Positions 9,784 through 24,356 of a stretch of 64,000 bases of DNA are shown here, piece after piece. Within the stretch, counting starts at the first letter, position 1; the number at the start of each line of letters is the position of its first letter. The notes below the pieces were generated by a model. That model did not search any database and was not told the DNA's origin. It worked only from the letters and a program-made list of their open reading frames with translations. Source of the stretch: an uncultured delta proteobacterium (GTDB taxonomy: Bacteria; Desulfobacterota; Binatia; Binatales; Binataceae); assembly GCA_963808235.1 (NCBI GenBank), contig CAWEEQ010000004.1, positions 416,001 to 480,000 of the forward strand. Reading direction: 5' to 3'. A program made the position numbers and the translations under genes.

Positions 9784-10341
9784 CTACTGAGTGACGGTGA
9801 AAGGTGCGCTGGCGGTACCTGCCGGCGCGGTGACGGAAACGTTCCCCGTGGTGGCGCCTGCGGGAACCTGGGTCGCGATTGTCGTTTGCGTAGACGAACT
9901 GACGGTGGCTGCCTGACCGTTGAACGTTACCGTGTTCTGACTCGGGGTGGTGCTGAATCCGTCACCGTAAATTGTAACGTTTGTCGAGATCGGCCCGTTA
10001 TTTGGCGACAGACTGAAGATCGAAACGTGCGAAGCGTTAGTCGTGGATATAGAGAGGAGATTTCCCGCGCTGTCGTATTGATAGCTCGCGGCGTTGCCAG
10101 AACCGTCCACGACGCCTACCAGTCTCCCGAGGGGATCGTAGACGTAAGTGATATTTCCGGCATATGCGATCCAGTTCAGTCCAGGAAAATATTCGACTGA
10201 AATCGCTAAAACGAACGTGATCAGCGCTAAACCAAACGCGATCACCAGCGACTTCTTCGGCGGGCGCGACCTGGAATGTTCGCTGAAGGCGCGCCTCGAC
10301 GAGGGCTTGCCGTTTGGGCAGGAATAGGATCGGTTGAGCAT
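9784..10341 (-). CDS. Exported YD-repeat + IPT/TIG domain protein
   Basis: AGGAGG 9 nt before the ATG; hydrophobic leader; YVYDPLGRL...YQYDSAGNL followed by SPNNGPISTNVTIYGDGF...VTFNG...VPAGATTGNVSV (IPT/TIG). Confidence 0.85.
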   Translation of the reverse strand: MLNRSYSCPNGKPSSRRAFSEHSRSRPPKKSLVIAFGLALITFVLAISVEYFPGLNWIAYAGNITYVYDPLGRLVGVVDGSGNAASYQYDSAGNLLSISTTNASHVSIFSLSPNNGPISTNVTIYGDGFSTTPSQNTVTFNGQAATVSSSTQTTIATQVPAGATTGNVSVTAPAGTASAPFTVTQ

Positions 10342-10579
10342 CGTGCCATGCCTCCTTCCTAACTCGACCTTCGCTGCGACCATTGGGCGACGCGCAGCTT
10401 TTCGTCGATTATGTCTCTGAGCGCTCGACCAATTACTCTTGCGCTAACTTTGTGTCAATGCCAAAATCGATTATCAATCGATTTCCTACTTTTTGTATCG
10501 CGAAATAAAAGCGAGCGGGCCATTCCGCCTCGGAACCCACAGCCGAATGCAAGAAGTGGACCTCCGGTGAGCCTCAGTC

Positions 10580-10608
10580 TTGACAATGGCGGCAGCCGAG
10601 AATAACTT
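10580..10608 (+). promoter_or_regulatory. Sigma70-type promoter of the tRNA cluster
   Basis: TTGACA-N17-TAACTT about 20 nt upstream of tRNA-Thr. Confidence 0.7.
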
Positions 10609-10627
10609 TCCCTTCTTAACGTCGTTT

Positions 10628-10699
10628 GCCGATGTAGCTCAACGGTAGAGCACCTGATTTGTAATCAGGATGTTGCGAGTTCGATTCTCGCCATCGGCT
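10628..10699 (+). tRNA. tRNA-Thr(TGT)
   Basis: Cloverleaf; anticodon arm CCTGA-TTTGTAA-TCAGG; TTCGA loop; CCA not encoded. Confidence 0.95.
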
Positions 10700-10738
10700 C
10701 GGGATCGAAAAATTCCTTTGCGGGCAAATTTCCTCTGG

Positions 10739-10824
<86 letters not shown>

Positions 10825-10863
10825 CTATGATCTGTATGTATGATAATAAGATCGACGGGGAGA

Positions 10864-10939
10864 GCGGGAATAGCTCAGTTGGTAGAGCGCGAGCCTTCCA
10901 AGCTCGGGGTCGCGGGTTCGAGTCCCGTTTCCCGCTCCA
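10864..10939 (+). tRNA. tRNA-Gly(TCC)
   Basis: CGAGC-CTTCCAA-GCTCG anticodon arm; ends TCCA. Confidence 0.97.
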
Positions 10940-11012
10940 GATTTTTTTCGATGCGCGAGTTTCCGATCGCGAGGAGAGATGATTCGAGGGAATTGTTCCA
11001 ATGCGGACGGGC

Positions 11013-11085
<73 letters not shown>

Positions 11086-11153
11086 TTCCAGACTCTGTCG
11101 CACGCCGGAACGCCGGCATGGTTAGAATTACTTAGAACGCGGGGCATAGTACA

Positions 11154-11309
11154 ATGAGAGATCTGATTTCACTTTCATGCGACACCTGCAAGGCGCGCAA
11201 CTACACCACAACCAAGAACAAGAAAACGCAGACGGACAAGTTTTCGATCAAAAAGTTCTGCCCCAAATGCCGCTCGCATACAGTCCATCGCGAAGGCAAA
11301 ATTTCTTGA
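11154..11309 (+). CDS. rpmG: 50S ribosomal protein L33 (zinc-binding type); not in the ORF track
   Basis: Manual translation MRDLISLSCDTCKARNYTTTKNKKTQTDKFSIKKFCPKCRSHTVHREGKIS. Confidence 0.95.
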   Translation: MRDLISLSCDTCKARNYTTTKNKKTQTDKFSIKKFCPKCRSHTVHREGKIS

Positions 11310-11345
11310 GCGGAAACGCGTTGCGACCGCGAAACTGTTATAAGC

Positions 11346-11422
11346 GGGTCAGTAGCTCCAATTGGCAGAGCATCGGACTCCAAATCCGAGGGTTCCAGGT
11401 TCGACCCCTGGCTGGCCCGCCA
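11346..11422 (+). tRNA. tRNA-Trp(CCA)
   Basis: TCGGA-CTCCAAA-TCCGA arm; ends GCCA; canonical position before secE. Confidence 0.96.
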
Positions 11423-11463
11423 AAATTTAACTATTTAACTGGATCTTGTGTTAGGCATGAAAA

Positions 11464-11667
11464 ATGGATAGTCTAAAAAGTTACCTCAATCAGGGCGTTA
11501 GTTTCGTTCAGGAAGCATGGACGGAGCTTTCAAAGGTCCATTACCCGTCGCCCAAGGAAACCATGCAGGCCACCATCGTCGTGGTCGGATTGTCGTTTGT
11601 GATGGCTCTATGGTTGGGCGTGATTGACTTCTTCGCGGTCCGCGGCGTCCAGATGCTGCTGCGCTAG
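11464..11667 (+). CDS. secE: Preprotein translocase subunit SecE
   Basis: ELSKVHYPSPKET motif plus one TM helix; synteny. Confidence 0.93.
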   Translation: MDSLKSYLNQGVSFVQEAWTELSKVHYPSPKETMQATIVVVGLSFVMALWLGVIDFFAVRGVQMLLR

Positions 11668-11703
11668 CGTTAACGATCGAACTTTTTAGGGCTCGTTGAG
11701 ACC

Positions 11704-12291
11704 ATGACTGAACCCGGCACCGAAAGCGACAAGACTGGCGTCGAAACCGCCGCCGCGCCTGCGATGAAATGGTATGTCGTCCATACCTATTCGGGCTACG
11801 AGCACAAGGCCAAGGCCGCGCTCGAGCAGCAGGTCCGCTCGCTTCACATGGAGGGCCGCATCGGCAAGGTGCTGGTCCCAATCGAGCGCGTGCAGGAACT
11901 CGGCAAGGGCGGCGCGCGCAAGGTCTCCAGCCGTAAATTCTTCCCCGGCTATATTTTCGTGCAGATGGTACTCGACGATGAGACCTGGCACGTCATCAAG
12001 AATACTCCGAAGATAACCGGCTTCGTCGGCCATTCAACCAATCCGCCCGAAGTGCCCGAGTCCGAAGTGGGCGAGATCGAACAGCAGATGGAGGAGGGCG
12101 CACTGCGACCCAAACCCAAAGTGCTGTTCGAAGTGGGCGAAGCGATCAAGGTCGTCGACGGTCCGTTCCAGGACTTCAACGGCACCGTCGAGGAAGTCAA
12201 GCCCGAGAAGGGCAAGGTGCGCGTTTTAATTTCGATCTTCGGGCGCGCAACGCCGGTAGAACTCGACTTCGTACAGGTAGAAAAGGCCTGA
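11704..12291 (+). CDS. nusG: Transcription termination/antitermination factor NusG
   Basis: WYVVHTYSGYE, FPGYIFV, KOW DGPF, IFGRATPVEL. Confidence 0.98.
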   Translation: MTEPGTESDKTGVETAAAPAMKWYVVHTYSGYEHKAKAALEQQVRSLHMEGRIGKVLVPIERVQELGKGGARKVSSRKFFPGYIFVQMVLDDETWHVIKNTPKITGFVGHSTNPPEVPESEVGEIEQQMEEGALRPKPKVLFEVGEAIKVVDGPFQDFNGTVEEVKPEKGKVRVLISIFGRATPVELDFVQVEKA

Positions 12292-12398
12292 GCAAAAAAA
12301 GGGGCATCGGCACACTCCGCGAGCTCGCGGACCGAATTCTGTTAGTCGGGCGCGAATGAGACGCGCCGGAACCAGGGGCACGGGGACGCTGAAATCAA

Positions 12399-12824
12399 GT
12401 GGCTAAGAAAGTAGTCGGATCGATCAAATTGCAAATTCCAGCCGGCGCGGCTAATCCGTCGCCGCCGGTAGGCCCGGCGCTCGGCCAGCGCGGGGTCAAT
12501 ATCATGGAGTTCTGCAAGAGCTTCAACGCGCAGACCCAGAACATGCAGGGGATGACGATCCCGGTAGTCGTCACCGTATACGCAGACCGTTCGTTTACCT
12601 TCGTCACCAAGAGCCCGCCCGCTTCCAACCTTCTGCTGCGCGCGGCGGGAATCGAAAAGGGCTCTCCGATGCCCAACAAGAACAAGGTCGGCAAGGTCAC
12701 CCGCGCGCAGGTCGAGGAAATCGCCAAGACCAAGCTCAAAGACCTGACTGCGGCCGACCTCGCCGCGGCGATCAACACCGTCGCCGGCACCGCGCGCTCG
12801 ATGGGTATCGACGTCACCGACTAG
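12399..12824 (+). CDS. rplK: 50S ribosomal protein L11
   Basis: [26 protein letters not shown]. Confidence 0.98.
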   Translation: MAKKVVGSIKLQIPAGAANPSPPVGPALGQRGVNIMEFCKSFNAQTQNMQGMTIPVVVTVYADRSFTFVTKSPPASNLLLRAAGIEKGSPMPNKNKVGKVTRAQVEEIAKTKLKDLTAADLAAAINTVAGTARSMGIDVTD

Positions 12825-12838
12825 GAATAAAAATCAAG

Positions 12839-13552
12839 ATGGCAGGCAAGAAATATAAGGAAGCGGCCAAGAAGATCGATCGGGAGCATCGCTACACGCT
12901 CGAAGAAGCGGTCAAGCTGGTGGTCGATAACAAGGTCGCCAAGTTCGACGAGACGGTCGAAATCGCGGTGCGACTAGGCGTCGATCCGCGCCAGGCCGAT
13001 CAGAATGTTCGCGGAACGATCGTCCTTCCGCACGGGACCGGAGCGGTCGCCCGCGTGCTGGTGGTCGCCAAGGGCGACAAGGAGCGCGAGGCACGCGAAG
13101 CGGGCGCGGACTTTGTCGGCGGCGAAGAGATCATCAAAAAAATTCAGGAAGAGAACTGGCTCGACTTCGACCGCGTGATCGCGACTCCGGACATGATGGG
13201 CCAGGTTGGGCGTATCGGAAAAATTCTCGGGCCGCGCGGCCTGATGCCCAATCCCAAAGTCGGCACCGTCACCTTCAACGTCGCCAAGGCGGTCGCGGAA
13301 ATCAAGGCTGGAAAAGTCGACTACCGGGTCGACAAAGCCGGCGTCGTCCACGCCCGCGTCGGCAAGATAAGTTTTGGAGACAGCAAGCTGCTCGAAAACG
13401 TCCGCGCGATCCTTGGCGCGATCGTTCGCTCCAAGCCGGCCAGCGCCAAGGGCAATTACGTGCGGAGCGTGGCGCTGTCCTCGACGATGGGTCCCGGAAT
13501 CAGGGTCGATACGGGCGTCGCGACGGCCAAGTCGCTCGCCGCGGCAGCATGA
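12839..13552 (+). CDS. rplA: 50S ribosomal protein L1
   Basis: [24 protein letters not shown]. Confidence 0.98.
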   Translation: MAGKKYKEAAKKIDREHRYTLEEAVKLVVDNKVAKFDETVEIAVRLGVDPRQADQNVRGTIVLPHGTGAVARVLVVAKGDKEREAREAGADFVGGEEIIKKIQEENWLDFDRVIATPDMMGQVGRIGKILGPRGLMPNPKVGTVTFNVAKAVAEIKAGKVDYRVDKAGVVHARVGKISFGDSKLLENVRAILGAIVRSKPASAKGNYVRSVALSSTMGPGIRVDTGVATAKSLAAAA

Positions 13553-13588
13553 GGTTTTTGTTCGTAGCACTCGGGCTTGTATAATCAG

Positions 13589-14164
13589 ATGAAGAAAACA
13601 GAGAAAACCGCGCTGGTCGAAGATCTCGCGAGTAGTTTCGGCCGCGCCAGTATTGCACTTGTCTCGGAGTACCGCGGGATGACGGCGGCCGAATCAACCG
13701 AGATGCGCAAGCGGCTGCGCGCCGTGCGCGGCGAGATGCGCGTTGCGAAGAACACGCTCGTTCGCCGCGCGATCAAGGGCACCGCGTACGAGGCGCTCGA
13801 TTCAAACCTCGGCGGGCAGATCGGGCTAATCCTGAGCTACGAAGATCCTGTCGCGCTGGCGAAGACCTTCACCTCGTTTGGCCCGCTCGGCGACAAGCTG
13901 AAGCTGCGCGCCGCGGTCCTCGACGGCAAGACGCTGACCGTCGCGGAAATCCAGGCGCTGGCGAAGCTGCCCTCGCGCGAGGTCATCTTCGGGCAGTTGC
14001 TCGGACTCTTGAATGCGCCGGCGACGCAACTGGTCAGGCTGCTCAACGAGCCCGGCTCGTACCTGGCGCGCGTGATCGACGCGATCGGAAAGAAGAACGG
14101 CGCGGGCACCGCGACTCCCCCAGCCGCTGCCGGAAGAGGCGCCACCGGCGGCCGCGGCCCCTGA
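13589..14164 (+). CDS. rplJ: 50S ribosomal protein L10 (tail probably frameshifted; alternative stop 14189)
   Basis: EYRGMT, VAKNTL, LPSRE; synteny. Confidence 0.95.
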   Translation: MKKTEKTALVEDLASSFGRASIALVSEYRGMTAAESTEMRKRLRAVRGEMRVAKNTLVRRAIKGTAYEALDSNLGGQIGLILSYEDPVALAKTFTSFGPLGDKLKLRAAVLDGKTLTVAEIQALAKLPSREVIFGQLLGLLNAPATQLVRLLNEPGSYLARVIDAIGKKNGAGTATPPAAAGRGATGGRGP

Positions 14165-14270
14165 GGCACCGCCGGCATCGGAAGGATAGTCACAATTTAG
14201 GCTTTAAAAGATTTTCCGGGGCGCTCCCACAATCTCCCCGGACGAAGTAGGACGAAGGAGAGCAGATACA

Positions 14271-14660
14271 ATGTCAGAAGCACAACTCAGCCGCGATCAG
14301 GTGAAGGATTATCTGAAGAACCTGAGCCTTATCGACGCGGCCGCTCTGGTCAAAGAACTCGAAGCCGAACTCGGCGTCTCAGCGGCGGCTCCAGTCGCGG
14401 CGGCGGCAGCGCCGGCGGCAGGCGGGGCAGCAGCGGCGGAGCCCGAGAAGGAAGAGTTCAACGTCGTGTTGACCGGCTCCGGCGACAAGAAGATCCAGGT
14501 GATCAAAGTCGTCCGCGAGCTGACCGGACTCGGCCTCAAGGAGGCCAAGGACCTGGTTGACGGCGCGCCCAAGGCGGTCAAGGAAGGCGTAAACAAGGCC
14601 GAGGCCGAAGAGATCAAGAAGAAGCTGGAAGCCGCGGGCGGCAGCGTGGAGTTGAAGTAG
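14271..14660 (+). CDS. rplL: 50S ribosomal protein L7/L12
   Basis: [23 protein letters not shown]. Confidence 0.98.
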   Translation: MSEAQLSRDQVKDYLKNLSLIDAAALVKELEAELGVSAAAPVAAAAAPAAGGAAAAEPEKEEFNVVLTGSGDKKIQVIKVVRELTGLGLKEAKDLVDGAPKAVKEGVNKAEAEEIKKKLEAAGGSVELK

Positions 14661-14895
14661 GGAAGGGTCAGCTTTTTTGACGCACAATCAAGGGTCGGGG
14701 AATTCTACGCGCGCGGCGGCCGAAGCTCGTGCGCGAGGATTTCATCCGCTCTTTACCGATAAAGCCGTGGGCCCGGGGAAGACTCCGGCGTCCGCGGCCT
14801 TTATTGCTTCAGAGCCGCACCGTTCGCGGAGTGATCATCGCCGTCGCGGAGCGTCCAGTAAAGCACAAGGCGCATGGCAACGGTGAGGTAAGCAG

Positions 14896-19007
<4,112 letters not shown>

Positions 19008-19022
19008 GGAGTTATAAACGAG

Positions 19023-22000
19023 ATGGAAGATCTCTTTGGAATATTTGAGAAGCCCAAGAATCCACTGGCGTTCAACGCGATCCGCATTTCGATAGCGTCG
19101 CCGGAAATGATCCGCTCGTGGTCGCACGGCGAGGTCAAGAAGCCGGAGACGATCAACTACCGGACCTTCAAGCCGGAGCGCGACGGACTTTTCTGCGCGA
19201 AGATTTTCGGGCCGACCAAGGACTACGAATGCAATTGCGGCAAGTACAAACGCATGCGGCATCGCGGCGTGGTCTGCGAAAAGTGCGGAGTCGAAGTAAT
19301 CCAGTCGAAAGTGCGCCGCGAGCGGATGGGTCATATCGATCTGGCCGCGCCGGTCGCGCACATCTGGTTCCTGCGCTCGCTGCCCTCGCGTATCGGCACC
19401 CTGCTCGACATGACGCTGAAGGAACTCGAGAAGGTCCTCTACTTCGAGTGCTATGTCGTCACCGACGCCGGTGAGACGCCGCTCCAATACAAGGAACTCC
19501 TGACCGAGCGCAAATATCGCGAGAACCGCGAATTGTACGCCGACGGCTTCAAGGCCGAGATGGGTGCTGAAGCCGTCCGCTCACTGCTGGGACAGCTTGC
19601 ACTCGACAAGCTCGCCGAGGAACTTCGCGCCGAGATGAAGGCGACGGCGAGCGAGGCGCGGCGCAAGAAAGTTGCCAAGCGGCTGAAGGTCGTCAACGCA
19701 TTCCGCGACTCGGGCAACAAGCCCGAGTGGATGATCCTCACCATCCTTCCGGTGATTCCTCCCGACCTGCGGCCGCTGGTGCCACTCGACGGCGGGCGTT
19801 TCGCCACCTCCGATCTGAACGATCTCTATCGGCGCGTGATCAATCGCAACAACCGTTTGAAGCGGCTGATCGAACTGAACGCCCCGGACATCATTATCCG
19901 CAACGAAAAGCGGATGCTCCAGGAAGCCGTCGATGCGCTATTCGACAACGGGCGCCGCGGACGCGCGATCACTGGTCCTTCGAAGCGTCCGCTCAAGTCG
20001 CTCTCCGACATGCTCAAGGGCAAGTCGGGACGCTTCCGGCAGAACCTGCTCGGCAAGCGCGTCGACTACTCGGGCCGCTCGGTTATCGTGGTCGGCCCAG
20101 AGCTGCGCCTCCACCAGTGCGGCCTGCCGAAAAAGATGGCGCTCGAGCTGTTCAAGCCCTTCATCTACAACAAGCTCGAAGAAAAGGGTTACGTCACGAC
20201 TATCAAGAGCGCGAAAAAGATGGTCGAGAAAGAGGGCAAGGACGTTTGGGATATCCTCGATGAGGTTATCCGCGAGCATCCGGTGCTGCTCAACCGCGCG
20301 CCGACGTTGCATCGACTCGGCATCCAAGCGTTCGAGCCGGTGCTGATCGAGGGAAAAGCGATTCAGCTTCATCCACTGGTATGCGTCGCGTACAACGCCG
20401 ACTTCGACGGCGATCAGATGGCGGTCCACGTGCCGCTGTCGATCGAAGCGCAGGTCGAATCGCGCGCGCTCATGATGTCCACCAACAACATCCTGTCGCC
20501 GGCGTCAGGCAAGCCCGTGATCGTGCCGACTCAGGACATGGTGCTGGGACTCTATTACATGACGCGTGAGAAACCGCTGGCGCGTGGCGAGGGCAAGAAT
20601 TTCGCCAACGTCGAGGAAGTGCGAATCGCGTACGACCACGAGGAAATCGATCTGCACGCGAAGATCACGGTCCGGATGTCGCCGCTGCTGGCGACCGGAA
20701 TCGTGCCGGAGGCGGCAGAGACCAACGGCCGTCCGCGCGGCAAGGCCAAGGCGCGTGAAGCCGCGTCTGCTCACGCTGCGGCCCCGGCGCTCGAACGGGT
20801 TACGACTACCGTCGGCCGGGTGCTGCTCTACGAGATCGTTCCGCCCGAGGTTCCGTTCACCGAGCTCAACAAGACGATGAAGAAAAAGGAGCTCGGCAAC
20901 CTGATCGACATCGTCTATCGCCGCTCGGGCGACAAGGCGACGGTTATCTTCGCCGACCGGCTGAAGGATATCGGCTTTGAATTCGCGACCAAGGCGGGAA
21001 TCTCGATCTCTATTAAGGACATGACAATTCCGCCGCAGAAGGCGCATCTGCTCGAAGGCGCGCAGAAGCAGGTCAGCGAGATTCAGCAGCAGTACAACAA
21101 CGGCGTGATCACCGACGGCGAGCGCTACAACAAGGTCGTCGACATCTGGGCCGAAGTTCAGGATCAGATCGGCAGCGCCGTTATCAAGGGGCTGTCGACC
21201 CAGGTCTTCGGCAAGAACGACAAGGGCGAGACGATTACCGGCCCGTCGTTCAATCCGATCTTCATCATGGCCGACTCGGGCGCTCGAGGATCCGAGCAGC
21301 AGATTCGACAGCTGGCGGGACTCCGCGGCCTGATGGCGAAGCCGTCGGGAGAAATAATCGAGACTCCGATCACCGCGAACTTCCGCGAGGGGCTCACGGT
21401 GTTGCAGTACTTCATCTCGACTCACGGCGCGCGCAAGGGACTCGCCGACACCGCGCTCAAGACGGCAAACTCGGGCTACCTGACCCGCCGCCTGGTCGAC
21501 GTGGCGCAGGACTCGATCATCAGCGAAGACGATTGCGGCACGCTCGACGGAATCGAGATGGCGCCGCTGGTCGAAGGCGGCGAGATAATCGAAGGGCTCG
21601 GCGATCGCGTGCTCGGACGCGTCGCGCTCGAAGATATCCGCGACGCGTTCACCGGCGAAGTGCTGGTCCGCGCCAATGAGATGATCGACGAGGACAAGGT
21701 CAAGCGAATCGAAGATGCGGGCGTCGAGCGAATCAAGATTCGTTCGGTGCTCACCTGCCAGTCGCGCCAGGGCGTATGCGTCAAGTGCTACGGACGCGAT
21801 CTCGGCCGCGGGCATCTGGTGAATCTTGGCGAGTCGATCGGAATTATCGCCGCGCAGTCGATCGGAGAGCCGGGCACCCAGCTCACGATGCGTACCTTCC
21901 ATATCGGCGGCACCGCCAGCCGGCGCGCCGAGCAGACCACGCTCGAAGTCCGCAACGAAGGCGTGATCCGTCTCCATGCGGTCAACACCGTGAAAAGCCG

Positions 22001-23291
22001 CGACGGCAACCTGGTCGTCATGACTCGTCACGGCGAAGTCGTGATCGCAGCCCAGGTTACCGATGAAGGCGGCCGCGTGCGCGAGCGCGAACGCGAACGC
22101 TATCCGCTGGTCTACGGCGCCAAGCTCAAGAAGGCCGAGGGCGACAAGGTGAAGCCGGGCGAGCTGATCGCGGAATGGGATCCGTACACGACTCCGATCA
22201 TCACCGAAGTCGGCGGCACGATTAAGTACGGCGACATAATCGAAGGCAAGACGATGGAGGAGCGGGTCGACGAACGAACCGGCGCGCGCTCCAACGTGGT
22301 AGTCGAATTCAAGGACCTCGACGTGCGTCCGCGTATCTCGATCAAGGACGCGTCGGGCAAGACCGTAAAGCTGCCGAATTCGAACAACGTCGCGCGCTAC
22401 TTCCTGCCGGTCGGCGCCTACATCAACGTGCCCGAAGGCACCGCGGTGGAACCGGGCGACGTGATCGCGAAGATTCCGCGCGAGACGACCAAGACCAAGG
22501 ACATCACCGGCGGACTTCCTCGAGTCGCGGAACTGTTCGAAGCGCGCAAGCCAAAAGAGTTCGCGGTCATTTCCGAAATAGATGGGCAGGTATCATTCGG
22601 CAAAGACACCAAGGGCAAGCGCAAGGTCGAAGTGACGCCGGAAATCGGCGAGAAGCGCGAGTACCTGATTCCCAAGGGCAAGCATATCGCGGTCCACGAG
22701 GGCGATATCGTCAAGGCGGGCGAGCCGTTGATGGAAGGCTCGTCGAATCCGCATGACATCCTGACCATCCTCGGCGAGAAGGCGCTCGCGAAATACCTGG
22801 TCGACGAAATCCAGGAGATCTACCGGCTCCAGGGCGTGCGCATCAACGACAAGCATATCGAAGTGATCGTGCGGCAGATGCTGCGCCGGGTCCGAATCAA
22901 GGAAGTAGGCGACACCCCGTTCCTGGTCGGCGACCAGGTCGAGAAGTGGCGCTTCGACGAGGAGAACGGCCGCGTGCTGACTCGCGGCGGAGAGCCCGCG
23001 ATCGCGGAGCCACTGCTGCTCGGAATCACCAAGGCGTCGCTGTCGACGGAAAGTTTCATCTCGGCGGCCTCGTTCCAGGAGACCACGCGCGTGCTTACCG
23101 AGTCTGCGATCAACGGCAAGGTCGATCGCTTGGTCGGACTCAAGGAAAACGTGATCATGGGACGGCTGATTCCGGCCGGTACGGGGATGAACTCGTACAA
23201 CGCGATGGTAGTGAAGGTGGAAGGCACTTCGACCGAGGAAAACGTCGAAAAACCCGAGCTGGCGGCGGCTCCTGCACCGGGCGGAGATTGA
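19023..23291 (+). CDS. rpoC: RNA polymerase beta' subunit
   Basis: NADFDGD active-site motif, zinc fingers, [11 protein letters not shown]. Confidence 0.99.
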   Translation: MEDLFGIFEKPKNPLAFNAIRISIASPEMIRSWSHGEVKKPETINYRTFKPERDGLFCAKIFGPTKDYECNCGKYKRMRHRGVVCEKCGVEVIQSKVRRERMGHIDLAAPVAHIWFLRSLPSRIGTLLDMTLKELEKVLYFECYVVTDAGETPLQYKELLTERKYRENRELYADGFKAEMGAEAVRSLLGQLALDKLAEELRAEMKATASEARRKKVAKRLKVVNAFRDSGNKPEWMILTILPVIPPDLRPLVPLDGGRFATSDLNDLYRRVINRNNRLKRLIELNAPDIIIRNEKRMLQEAVDALFDNGRRGRAITGPSKRPLKSLSDMLKGKSGRFRQNLLGKRVDYSGRSVIVVGPELRLHQCGLPKKMALELFKPFIYNKLEEKGYVTTIKSAKKMVEKEGKDVWDILDEVIREHPVLLNRAPTLHRLGIQAFEPVLIEGKAIQLHPLVCVAYNADFDGDQMAVHVPLSIEAQVESRALMMSTNNILSPASGKPVIVPTQDMVLGLYYMTREKPLARGEGKNFANVEEVRIAYDHEEIDLHAKITVRMSPLLATGIVPEAAETNGRPRGKAKAREAASAHAAAPALERVTTTVGRVLLYEIVPPEVPFTELNKTMKKKELGNLIDIVYRRSGDKATVIFADRLKDIGFEFATKAGISISIKDMTIPPQKAHLLEGAQKQVSEIQQQYNNGVITDGERYNKVVDIWAEVQDQIGSAVIKGLSTQVFGKNDKGETITGPSFNPIFIMADSGARGSEQQIRQLAGLRGLMAKPSGEIIETPITANFREGLTVLQYFISTHGARKGLADTALKTANSGYLTRRLVDVAQDSIISEDDCGTLDGIEMAPLVEGGEIIEGLGDRVLGRVALEDIRDAFTGEVLVRANEMIDEDKVKRIEDAGVERIKIRSVLTCQSRQGVCVKCYGRDLGRGHLVNLGESIGIIAAQSIGEPGTQLTMRTFHIGGTASRRAEQTTLEVRNEGVIRLHAVNTVKSRDGNLVVMTRHGEVVIAAQVTDEGGRVRERERERYPLVYGAKLKKAEGDKVKPGELIAEWDPYTTPIITEVGGTIKYGDIIEGKTMEERVDERTGARSNVVVEFKDLDVRPRISIKDASGKTVKLPNSNNVARYFLPVGAYINVPEGTAVEPGDVIAKIPRETTKTKDITGGLPRVAELFEARKPKEFAVISEIDGQVSFGKDTKGKRKVEVTPEIGEKREYLIPKGKHIAVHEGDIVKAGEPLMEGSSNPHDILTILGEKALAKYLVDEIQEIYRLQGVRINDKHIEVIVRQMLRRVRIKEVGDTPFLVGDQVEKWRFDEENGRVLTRGGEPAIAEPLLLGITKASLSTESFISAASFQETTRVLTESAINGKVDRLVGLKENVIMGRLIPAGTGMNSYNAMVVKVEGTSTEENVEKPELAAAPAPGGD

Positions 23292-23324
23292 CAGGAAGGG
23301 TCCCGTCCCATAAATACTTATATT

Positions 23325-23361
23325 TCCCCCAAGGGCATACGTGTCCTTGGGGGGTTTGTTT
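23325..23361 (+). terminator. Intrinsic terminator-like hairpin after rpoC
   Basis: CCCCCAAGGGCA-TACG-TGTCCTTGGGGG followed by GTTTGTTT. Confidence 0.7.
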
Positions 23362-23490
23362 GAACACCGCGTCTCCACCCGAGACAACCCGGCGAACCGG
23401 AGCGGCGCGAAGCGAGCGTCGTGGCTATGTTTAAGCCGTGAATGTTGAATTGGATACGCGATTCGAGGCGAAGCGAGAGACTTAAAGAAC

Positions 23491-23862
23491 GTGCCGACCA
23501 TAAACCAGTTGATCCGGCGAGCGCGCGTAAAGAAAACCTACAAGGTGAAAGCTCGCGCGCTCGAGGGCTCGCCGCAAAAGCGCGGCGTATGCACCCAGGT
23601 CAAGACCACGACCCCGAAGAAGCCCAACTCGGCGCTGCGCAAGGTCGCGCGCGTGCGGCTCTCCAACGGGATCGAGGTGAACACCTATATCCCCGGGGTC
23701 GGGCACAACCTGCAGGAGCATTCGGTGGTGCTGATTCGCGGCGGCCGCGTCCGCGATTTGCCCGGCGTCCGCTATCACGTGATTCGCGGCACGCTGGATT
23801 CCATAGGCGTACAGGAACGGCGCAAGGGCCGCTCCAAGTACGGGTCGAAAAAACCAAAGTAG
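23491..23862 (+). CDS. rpsL: 30S ribosomal protein S12
   Basis: [25 protein letters not shown]. Confidence 0.99.
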   Translation: MPTINQLIRRARVKKTYKVKARALEGSPQKRGVCTQVKTTTPKKPNSALRKVARVRLSNGIEVNTYIPGVGHNLQEHSVVLIRGGRVRDLPGVRYHVIRGTLDSIGVQERRKGRSKYGSKKPK

Positions 23863-23868
23863 AGTTTT

Positions 23869-24339
23869 ATGTCGCGCAAAGGACAGATTCGCGTCCGCGA
23901 AGTTCCGGCGGACCCCAAGTATCACGACCAGACCGTCGCCAAGTTCATGAACATGGTGATGGAGCGGGGTAAGAAGTCGCTCGCCGAGCAGATCTTCTAC
24001 CACGCGCTCGACCTGGTCGCGACGCGCTCGAAGGAAGACGGGCTGGTGGTCTTCAAGCGCGCGCTCGACAACGTCCGCCCGGCGGTCGAGGTTCGCTCGC
24101 GCCGGGTCGGCGGCGCCAACTACCAGGTGCCGTCGGAAGTAAGGCCGGTCCGCCGCAATTCGCTTGCGATGCGATGGATGGTTGCGGCGGCGCGCGCACG
24201 CGGCGAGAAGTCGATGGAAGAACGGCTGGCGGCGGAGATACTCGACGCCGCGGCCAATCGTGGCGGCGGGGTCAAGAAGCGCGAAGATACTCATCGGATG
24301 GCGGATGCCAACAGGGCGTTCGCACACTATCGCTGGTAA
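23869..24339 (+). CDS. rpsG: 30S ribosomal protein S7
   Basis: [20 protein letters not shown]. Confidence 0.99.
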   Translation: MSRKGQIRVREVPADPKYHDQTVAKFMNMVMERGKKSLAEQIFYHALDLVATRSKEDGLVVFKRALDNVRPAVEVRSRRVGGANYQVPSEVRPVRRNSLAMRWMVAAARARGEKSMEERLAAEILDAAANRGGGVKKREDTHRMADANRAFAHYRW

Positions 24340-24356
24340 ATACCCGAGATTTTTAG

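Noticed and set aside
4364-10699. tRNA-integrated genomic island for the Rhs locus
   Set aside because: The locus lies 5' of the tRNAs, and no integrase or duplicated tRNA 3' end was seen.
13565-13572. CIRCE half-site TAGCACTC before rplJ
   Set aside because: The second half-site is absent and the context is wrong.
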